64,000 nucleotides of DNA, from the NCBI GenBank assembly GCA_018335335.1, contig JAGXKG010000005.1, forward strand, positions 2,868 through 66,867, read 5' to 3'. Below the pieces are notes generated by a model that did no database searches, was not told the origin of the DNA, and saw nothing but the letters and a program-made list of their open reading frames with translations. This DNA is from Candidatus Thorarchaeota archaeon (lineage in GTDB: Archaea > Asgardarchaeota > Thorarchaeia > Thorarchaeales > Thorarchaeaceae). A program made the position numbers and the translations under genes. Shown here one piece after another: positions 49,361-55,167 of this stretch (positions are counted from its first letter, which is position 1; the number at the start of each line of letters is the position of its first letter).

Positions 49361-49984
49361 TCACGATGTATAGGTGTAATTCAAGAGCATATGAAACAGG
49401 CACAAAAAAATGGAGGAGAGAATATTCATGACGTGGGTGCCGCGAATACTTGCAGGATCCGTCACAAAAACGTCGTTCTCAGACGGATGATATTGAAGAA
49501 TGAAGTTATTCTGATCAAGCACAAAAAGGATGTCATCTATAGATTGTACTAGGCTTCGATATCGCTCCTCGCTTTCATGTAGTACTTCTTTCATGCGTCT
49601 ATGGCGCACAACGCTTTTCACATGATGTGCAATCTCGGTGAACAATCCACCCAAATCATCCGTTTTTTCGAAGTATTAATCTGCTCCAAGATTGAGCGCT
49701 TGAATGGCAATATCTTCTCGACTACGGCCAGTAAATATGATGAATGGCATATCAGAATCCTGATCTCTGAGCCATTCCAATATTTCTAATCTATTTAGTT
49801 TTCCAGGTCCAAGGTAGTAGTCACAGATGACAGCATTGATTTCATTGCTCTCCAACAGACGGAGAGCCTCCTGTCCCGTGGTAGCCGGAACTAGATGAAA
49901 ATCTTCATCTTGCATGCCAAGAAACTGCTGCGCCAAGAAGATCAGGTCTTCATCATCATCGACTACCAGTATCTGGATATCTAT
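49361..49984 (-). pseudogene. Response-regulator receiver plus PAS gene, disrupted
   Basis: The REC domain (ILVVDDDEDL...MPFIIFTGRS...ALNLGAD) runs in frame into a TAA (49676-49678) exactly where GADDY is expected, then continues YFEKT...ERYRSLVQSIDD (PAS). The only codon correctly spaced from GGAGG is ATA (49982-49984). Confidence 0.6.
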
Positions 49985-50121
49985 GCATGGTCCTCCGCTT
50001 GGACATCATACTAAGTTGCAACTGTGTTATTACTCCCATTTGATATTTTCCACTGACTTACATTTTGATGTATCCCTGTTACAGTATTGCATCAATACTC
50101 GCAAATTGATGATGGAATAAT

Positions 50122-50751
50122 GTGATATTCGTTCGCGAAAACCGGGATAAAATACAAAACTTTAAATCTATTCTGAATAAATTAAAATTACTGCTGCAGC
50201 TAACCCCAGAGCTGAGCATGGAGTATAGAACTATGCCCCGCCGTGATTCTCTCGTATACACGAAATTTTCCCGCATTTGTAAGAAACATCTCCAGTGGAT
50301 TGGTTTGTCAGAAGCCGCAACAGATGTGCTTGCAGTCTTGCTAGCTGAATACTACTGGTCAGGAAAACCTCTCAAATCAGAGACTCTTGCCACAATTACT
50401 GGATATTCAAGGGGTAGCATTAGTGCTGCCATTTCTCAACTCAAGTCCCTTGCATTCATCGAGGGGAGAGTGGACACAAGCCAAGAGGGAAGAGGCAGAA
50501 GGCCTACTCTCTATGCCCTGAGTGAAGGTTTGTCAGGACTGATAATGTTCGGTATCCGCAGACTCGGTATCGAGCTTGAAGGCCTTCAGAATGAAATCGC
50601 AGCATTGAAACTGACCATTGAGCCTGAGAAGAAGAATGCGGTAGAAGCTATGGATGCTCTCTCCGAGGAGATAAAGCGAAATTCTGAACAACTCAGGGAA
50701 TACAGCCGACACATTCTGTCAGCCAAGGCAATGGACGAACTAAAGTCCTAA
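50122..50751 (+). CDS. GbsR/MarR-like wHTH transcriptional regulator
   Basis: LATITGYSRGSISAAISQLKSLAFIEGRV...GRRPTLYAL. The start is probably internal (MEYRT). Confidence 0.55.
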   Translation: MIFVRENRDKIQNFKSILNKLKLLLQLTPELSMEYRTMPRRDSLVYTKFSRICKKHLQWIGLSEAATDVLAVLLAEYYWSGKPLKSETLATITGYSRGSISAAISQLKSLAFIEGRVDTSQEGRGRRPTLYALSEGLSGLIMFGIRRLGIELEGLQNEIAALKLTIEPEKKNAVEAMDALSEEIKRNSEQLREYSRHILSAKAMDELKS

Positions 50752-50901
50752 ACCAAAAATATAACACGGGCTGGCAATAACCAGCTCGTACACAAAGACA
50801 GCGAATTCAATCTGATTATATACTAGGATGAGATTTCCGTTTCCTTAGAGGGGTGTTCTATATTGGATGACCATGGAGCGATACGAAAGAGGATACTTGG
50901 A

Positions 50902-50954
50902 GATCTTAGAAAGCATCGTTCATCGAGGTCTACATATACATATGTAGATATATA
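50902..50954. repeat. Repeat R1, copy a: ghost of the vapB promoter plus first codons
   Basis: 44/53 identical to 51999..52051, including the core ATATACATATGTAGATATATA and an ATG.TTTCTAAGA start (minus strand). Confidence 0.7.
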
Positions 50955-51000
50955 TCACTCGTTTTAGAGCGAATAAAAATTCAAGAGTAGGCAAGTTTTA

Positions 51001-51020
51001 CAAAAATCCTAAAAAATCCG
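51001..51020 (-). terminator. Oligo-T terminator candidate (minus strand GGATTTTTTAGGATTTTTG)
   Basis: The A6 and A5 runs on the plus strand give T6 and T5 on the minus strand, directly 3' of the structured region. Confidence 0.4.
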
Positions 51021-51265
51021 AGTGGAAGAGTGTAAAATATCTGTAAGATTTCCTGCAAGTGCTACTGTGACCGAGAGTGGTAGGACTTTATTAGGCCCAG
51101 TACGGAACCCTGGTCTGATAGGACTAGGCAAGTGGGCTAGTAATCCGTCATGACGCACGCGGCCGAAAGCTGTGAGGTGGACGCGTTCCACTAAGCAGAA
51201 GTCCTCACTCTCCACACAAGGGCTTCATCAACCCCCGGAGAATCCGAGTAGTCAAACGGTTCTTC
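51010..51265 (-). ncRNA. Unassigned structured RNA candidate
   Basis: Locally GC-rich and non-coding. Bounded by a TATA-like box (rc of 51289-51297) and T-runs. A 7+7-bp closing helix pairs GAGAGTG-GT-AGGACTT (51073-51088) with AAGTCCTCACTCTC (51199-51212). Internal hairpins include ACTAG/CTAGT and GTGGA/TCCAC. Confidence 0.35.
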
Positions 51266-51311
51266 AACTCGCCAGTGTAATCATGTGCAAAATATAGAGG
51301 ATGTTCAACAG
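51246..51311. repeat. Repeat R2, copy a
   Basis: About 77% identical over ~66 bp to 61141..61207. The core is TGCAAAATATAGAGGRTGYTCAACAG (24/26). Confidence 0.7.
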
Positions 51312-51359
51312 CTTGAACATAAGGCACATTCCATGGCTAATGCAACTCTTATGGTAGAT

Positions 51360-51767
51360 TCAGTAGGATTCGACAGAAACACTTGAAATTCGCTCAAAAT
51401 GCTGAACATTGCGAGTAAGTACACGCTTGATTCCCTTTGACAACGCAGTTCCAGCAATCATTACATCACGGCTGCCAATGGGAGTTCCCTTACTCAGGAG
51501 CTGGGCAAGAATCTTAGCTGACTCAAGCGACGCAGCTCTCTCGAATGGAAGGACTTCGACTCTGGCTAAAATCTGCTCCAACTCTTCGGTGCGTCTCTGG
51601 ATCTTGTCTCGTGAAGACCTACAGATTCTATAGAGCCCGGTGTAGAGTTCGAATGTGTTGATTTCCGAGGTGTACAGAGGCTCCTCTTCTGCGCTGTCAA
51701 GCCATTCAATTGCTGCACCATCTTTTCGAAGAACATCAACCAAGAAAGTCGTATCCAAGAATATCAA
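51360..51767 (-). CDS. vapC: PIN-domain toxin VapC
   Basis: MIFLDTTFLVD, the acidic PIN residues (D5, E.., D..) and a 4-nt overlap with vapB. Confidence 0.9.
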   Translation of the reverse strand: MIFLDTTFLVDVLRKDGAAIEWLDSAEEEPLYTSEINTFELYTGLYRICRSSRDKIQRRTEELEQILARVEVLPFERAASLESAKILAQLLSKGTPIGSRDVMIAGTALSKGIKRVLTRNVQHFERISSVSVESY

Positions 51768-52012
51768 GACAAATCAACTCGCTCCAAATCAAATCCTTCG
51801 CCAATCTTTTCCAGAGTCTCTTCGAGCTTCCGAGCTTCAGCATCAGTCAGATCTGACCAACCTTCCGATGTCTTGGCCCACATTCGAAGTGATGTTGTGG
51901 TCTTTCCTCTGGCGAGCCGAGCTATAGTATCACCGAAACTTTCGCCTGGTAACTTCATTTTCTTGAGGAGGTTATACACATCTTCAGTAACAGATATGGT
52001 CTTAGAAACCAT
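51764..52012 (-). CDS. vapB: VapB-type antitoxin (archaeal small-antitoxin family, DUF217-like from memory)
   Basis: MVSKTISVTEDVYNLLKKMKLPGESFGDTIARL, translationally coupled to vapC. Confidence 0.8.
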   Translation of the reverse strand: MVSKTISVTEDVYNLLKKMKLPGESFGDTIARLARGKTTTSLRMWAKTSEGWSDLTDAEARKLEETLEKIGEGFDLERVDLS

Positions 52013-52051
52013 TGTTTATCGTGATTCATATATACATATGTAGATATATAA
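51999..52051. repeat. Repeat R1, copy b: functional vapB promoter and 5' end
   Basis: See copy a. It contains a TATA-like TTATATAT ~40 nt upstream of the vapB ATG and the palindrome TACATATGTA. Confidence 0.7.
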
Positions 52052-52087
52052 TTTTGTTGAGGGGTTGATTCCGAGGGGGCGGTTCAG

Positions 52088-52324
52088 CTACTCGGTATCG
52101 AAGATAGACCAAGCCGCTTCCTCCTCTTTCCAAAATGTGTCCATTGCACTTGATAACTTTTCAACCGATTCATTGGAAATACATCCGACGAAAGCATCAA
52201 GCGACCGTCTACTTGTCAGTCTGATGATAACCGGACTGAAGCTCTCGCTAGCCTTCTTTTCGTTCTTTAGAAGCTCATACGCGTCTTCCGAGAGTGTGAT
52301 GGTCTTGTACCCCATAGTCTTCAC
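52088..52324 (-). CDS. Orphan VapB-type antitoxin paralogue
   Basis: MGYKTITLSEDAYELLKNEKKASESFSPVIIRL aligns with VapB. No toxin gene follows. Confidence 0.7.
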   Translation of the reverse strand: MKTMGYKTITLSEDAYELLKNEKKASESFSPVIIRLTSRRSLDAFVGCISNESVEKLSSAMDTFWKEEEAAWSIFDTE

Positions 52325-52484
52325 ATTCTGAGTGTCTGTATAATGGTTTTCAACTTGTTTCCCAACAGAGTAACAACACTTTGATTGGAAATAGATGAGT
52401 CATCAAGCAGTAGCAAATAGTAACATCAAAGCCTTCATTCATTTTGTTGAGATAGCAGCGATTCTGCTCATTTCGAATCTTCTT

Positions 52485-52661
52485 TTACCTGTTCTCCTTC
52501 AAACCTTTCATCTCCTTCTGTTCGTCCAGAGTGAGTGTTCCGGACCCTGCAAGGTCATCAATCCCTCCCTGGTCCTTTATGAGCCGGAGAAGAAGTTCAT
52601 CGAAGCTTTCATCATCTCGCTTCAAACGTTTGAGTGTCTTATAGGCGTCTTCTGTCTTGAC
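52485..52661 (-). pseudogene. Degenerate VapB-type antitoxin paralogue with no start codon
   Basis: My own translation of the minus strand gives ..ARVKTEDAYKTLKRLKRDDESFDELLLRLIKDQ...LTLDEQKEMKGLKENR*. This is the same family, but the N-terminal KTI.V residues and any ATG/GTG/TTG are missing. It is in frame behind the stop of 52707..52904. Confidence 0.4.
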
Positions 52662-52706
52662 TCTAGCAAATCCTGCCGTACTACAGCAGTCTCGGATAAA
52701 AGAGCC

Positions 52707-52904
52707 TTATACTTCGTCAAGGGGGGTAAACTCCTCTTCGGAAAGAATTCGATTCTGCCGCTCGGCAAACTCGACCTTTTCAGCCATGGCCAGAAGACGG
52801 CGAACCAGCTCATCATAGGTTTCCCCCTTTCTGCCAAATTGCTTCAACAAATCGCGGGTGCTCTTGGAGAGAGGAATTGTGATTGTGTCGCCCATCTCTA
52901 TCAT
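52707..52904 (-). CDS. Orphan antitoxin-like protein, distant member of the same family
   Basis: MGDTITIPLSKSTRDLLKQFGRKGETYDELVRRLL shares the T-I-x-hydrophobic...LLK...GE[ST][FY].[DE].[IV].RL pattern. Confidence 0.55.
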   Translation of the reverse strand: MIEMGDTITIPLSKSTRDLLKQFGRKGETYDELVRRLLAMAEKVEFAERQNRILSEEEFTPLDEV

Positions 52905-52949
52905 AGCTTATAATATTGATAATTACTTATAATTTCCTCCGAAGGTGTC

Positions 52950-53165
52950 CTAGAGGTTCACCTTCTCAGCTATCTCAATCACGGAAATGTTCTCATCTTG
53001 AGTTAGAATCTCTATAATCCGCAGTCGTGATGGGTCTGATAGCGTTTGAAACACCTTCGAAAGCTCTTCTATATCTGATTCAGTTAGGTTGATGGGTTCT
53101 ATGACTTTCCTCCTCCACGGTGTTATATGTGAATATTTGAAAACATATTCGAAAAATTTAGCCAT
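52950..53165 (-). pseudogene. Truncated ArsR-family regulator (N-terminal 71 aa only)
   Basis: LSDPSRLRIIEILTQDENISVIEIAEKVNL then a stop. The recognition helix (S.S.VSHHL) and the wing are absent. Confidence 0.55.
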
Positions 53166-53449
53166 GATAAGTATTCCTGTGCAGCAGGCGAAGAAGACAT
53201 CATATTACGCCAACACGCGAGAATATAGCAGGTTTTTAGAGATATCATCTCTAGTACTTCTACCAAGGAATATCAAGTGATTCGTCACAAGTTATGAAGC
53301 CCAGTAGTTTGGCTTTAAAGGCTGAAGAAGCGCATAGATGAACATGTCAGGTTACAGTAGTCTATTCATTTGCTGGAATTGATGATTGAGAAATGTTATT
53401 ACTGACTGCTCGTTTGAAAACAGAAGTCATCCTGCAAAGATATCTGTGA

Positions 53450-53995
53450 GTGGAGTACATGGCTGAAGAAGCAACAGAAAGGAAAGGACCTGCATCGCGT
53501 GGAAAACCTGCTATTGTAGATCCTGAGTTCAAACATCAGGTGTTGAGAGAACATGGTGGCGAAAGCCTGAGGCTGTGTTTCCAGTGTGGGACGTGTACTG
53601 CAGGATGTATTATCACAGAGTATAGTGATGAATACCAAGGTCCTCGAAAAATCATACGAATGGTTCAGCTCGGCTTAGTTGAAGACCTTCTCTCCAGCCC
53701 CCAGCTATGGGCCTGTGCTAATTGTCATGAATGCACGGAGGTCTGCCCACAAGGGGTCAGTCCTGCCAATATATTAAACGCGGTTCGACGCATAGCTGCA
53801 AAGGAAGAGCGTTTTCCTCCTGCCTACAGGCAATTTGTTGAAACAATTCTTGAAGATGGATGGCTTTTGGAGGACTCTTACTCAGATTTTATTGAAGATG
53901 ATCGGGATGACTTGGATCTTGAAACAGAGTTGAATTGGAACAAGAAATTCGTAGAACATGTTAAGAAGAAATACTTCCCCGAGGTAGAAGAATAA
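53450..53995 (+). CDS. hdrC: Heterodisulfide reductase subunit C-like 4Fe-4S protein
   Basis: CFQCGTCTAGC and CANCHECTEVCPQG cluster motifs with HdrC-type spacing. The start may be the internal MAEE. Confidence 0.8.
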   Translation: MEYMAEEATERKGPASRGKPAIVDPEFKHQVLREHGGESLRLCFQCGTCTAGCIITEYSDEYQGPRKIIRMVQLGLVEDLLSSPQLWACANCHECTEVCPQGVSPANILNAVRRIAAKEERFPPAYRQFVETILEDGWLLEDSYSDFIEDDRDDLDLETELNWNKKFVEHVKKKYFPEVEE

Positions 53996-54120
53996 TGGAT
54001 GAAATTTTGCTCTATCGTGGGTATACGACACAAGTTCGACTTCCTAATTATGAAGCCTCTACTATCGCAGGTTTGAAGAAACTGGAGAGAAGGCAAGAAG
54101 AGGGCGTCTGGAGGGTTTAG
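53995..54120 (+). pseudogene. hdrB remnant (41 codons)
   Basis: The ATG overlaps the hdrC stop (TAATG). MDEILLYRGYTTQVRLPNYEASTIAGLKKLE matches the HdrB N-terminus (y.lflGC.ip.R.P.yEas.r.v..kLg) with GC changed to GY. A stop follows after 41 codons and no CCG domains are present. Confidence 0.45.
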
Positions 54121-54123
54121 ACT

Positions 54124-54645
54124 ATGTGGAATTACTACGCAGTCTGGAGGGTCTTAGAGGAATTGCTTGGCAATCTCAAGGAAAGAGGTGTTGAGATACC
54201 TGCAGGCTTTTTGACGAAACTGAAGGCCGCTCACGGGAATATTAACATCTTGAAAGCAGACCCAACCTATGAAGACACCATGAAGAAGGTAGAGGAGCAA
54301 TTGAACAACCTAGAGGGACATCTAGTCTATCTTGCTGAAAACAGAGTGGGTCCAGAATATGCGGACAAATGGATAGCCAGAATCAAACAGGCCAGGGAGT
54401 CTGAGCCTGAGGTGTCACGGGCAAAACCGTTTTCTCCGGGGGTTCCACGAGCAGACTATTGGATTCGCCTTACGATAGGAGAGGTAATTAAACTAGAGGA
54501 GATAAAGGAAATGGCTTCAGACTTGGGCCTCTCAATCAAAGCGGAAGACGCTGATACAGTCATAGTCCACGGTAAAGAGGCAAAGGTAAAGAGGTTGGTC
54601 AAGAACATGACTACGAAGATGAGAGAAGAGAGAAACAGAGCCTAG
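54124..54645 (+). CDS. Hypothetical protein (archaeal DUF-like, Cys-free)
   Basis: ORF only. It occupies the position where hdrB would be expected. Confidence 0.5.
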   Translation: MWNYYAVWRVLEELLGNLKERGVEIPAGFLTKLKAAHGNINILKADPTYEDTMKKVEEQLNNLEGHLVYLAENRVGPEYADKWIARIKQARESEPEVSRAKPFSPGVPRADYWIRLTIGEVIKLEEIKEMASDLGLSIKAEDADTVIVHGKEAKVKRLVKNMTTKMREERNRA

Positions 54646-54662
54646 GCTCTGTCATATTTGTT

Positions 54663-55154
54663 CTATTTATCGGCCTCTGACGCTGCATCTGCCAAAATTC
54701 GTGCGGCTGTTGCAGATATTCGAGACTTCCGTGCTTTAGTTTCACGGCTCTGCAATGAGAGAGCCTCTACTGGACAGACATCTATACATTTTGGCTCGCC
54801 GTCACAAAGGTCGCAGACGATAGCAATTTTGTCAGGACCCACTGTGATTGCTCCAAAATCGCACGCTTCAACGCACCAACCACATCCATTGCACTTGTCT
54901 TCATCGACGATGATATGACCGTCTTCCTCACTCTGTTGCAAAGCATCTCTCGGGCAAGCGATGACACATGGGGCGTCTTCGCACATTCTGCAAGCTATCG
55001 CGAGATTACCGCTCGGATAGACACGAAGCGCTCTAATCCGAGACCTGATGGGATTGAAGACGCCATCTTTCTCAAGGGAACATGCATATTCACAGACAGT
55101 ACAACCAGTGCAGAGGTCCGGGTCACAACTCACAAACTTGTGTATTTTCACCAT
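54663..55154 (-). CDS. Four-cluster 4Fe-4S ferredoxin (AOR partner, DmsB/HybA-like)
   Basis: CTGCTVCEYAC, CRMCEDAPCVIACP, CNGCGWCVEAC and CDLCDGEPKCIDVCP. GGAGG lies 7 nt before the ATG at 55154. Confidence 0.85.
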   Translation of the reverse strand: MVKIHKFVSCDPDLCTGCTVCEYACSLEKDGVFNPIRSRIRALRVYPSGNLAIACRMCEDAPCVIACPRDALQQSEEDGHIIVDEDKCNGCGWCVEACDFGAITVGPDKIAIVCDLCDGEPKCIDVCPVEALSLQSRETKARKSRISATAARILADAASEADK

Positions 55155-55167
55155 TCTGTTACCTCCA

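Noticed and set aside
49676-49678. The in-frame TAA as stop-codon reassignment or programmed read-through.
   Set aside because: TAA, TAG and TGA all terminate well-supported genes throughout the window. The same gene also lacks a canonical start and has a truncated PAS part, so decay is the more economical explanation.
51073-51213. Possible TPP riboswitch (CCGAGAG ... ACCCUGGUCUGAUAGG resembles CUGAGA ... ACCUGAUCUGGAUAAUGCCAGCG), or an RNase P element (AAAGUCC, ACACAAGGGCUUCA).
   Set aside because: The matches are short and the spacing is wrong. No thiamine gene follows. The AAGUCC/GGGCUU segments are only 15 nt apart and form a local hairpin rather than a long-range P4.
51009-51215. A 68-aa minus-strand ORF in the TA island.
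   Set aside because: It coincides with the structured-RNA candidate. It has no SD and non-protein-like composition.
52395-52913. A 172-aa plus-strand ORF across the antitoxin array.
   Set aside because: It is antisense to three minus-strand ORFs that share a clear family pattern with VapB. Its own sequence has no motif and is Leu/Phe/Ser-rich, typical of an antisense frame.
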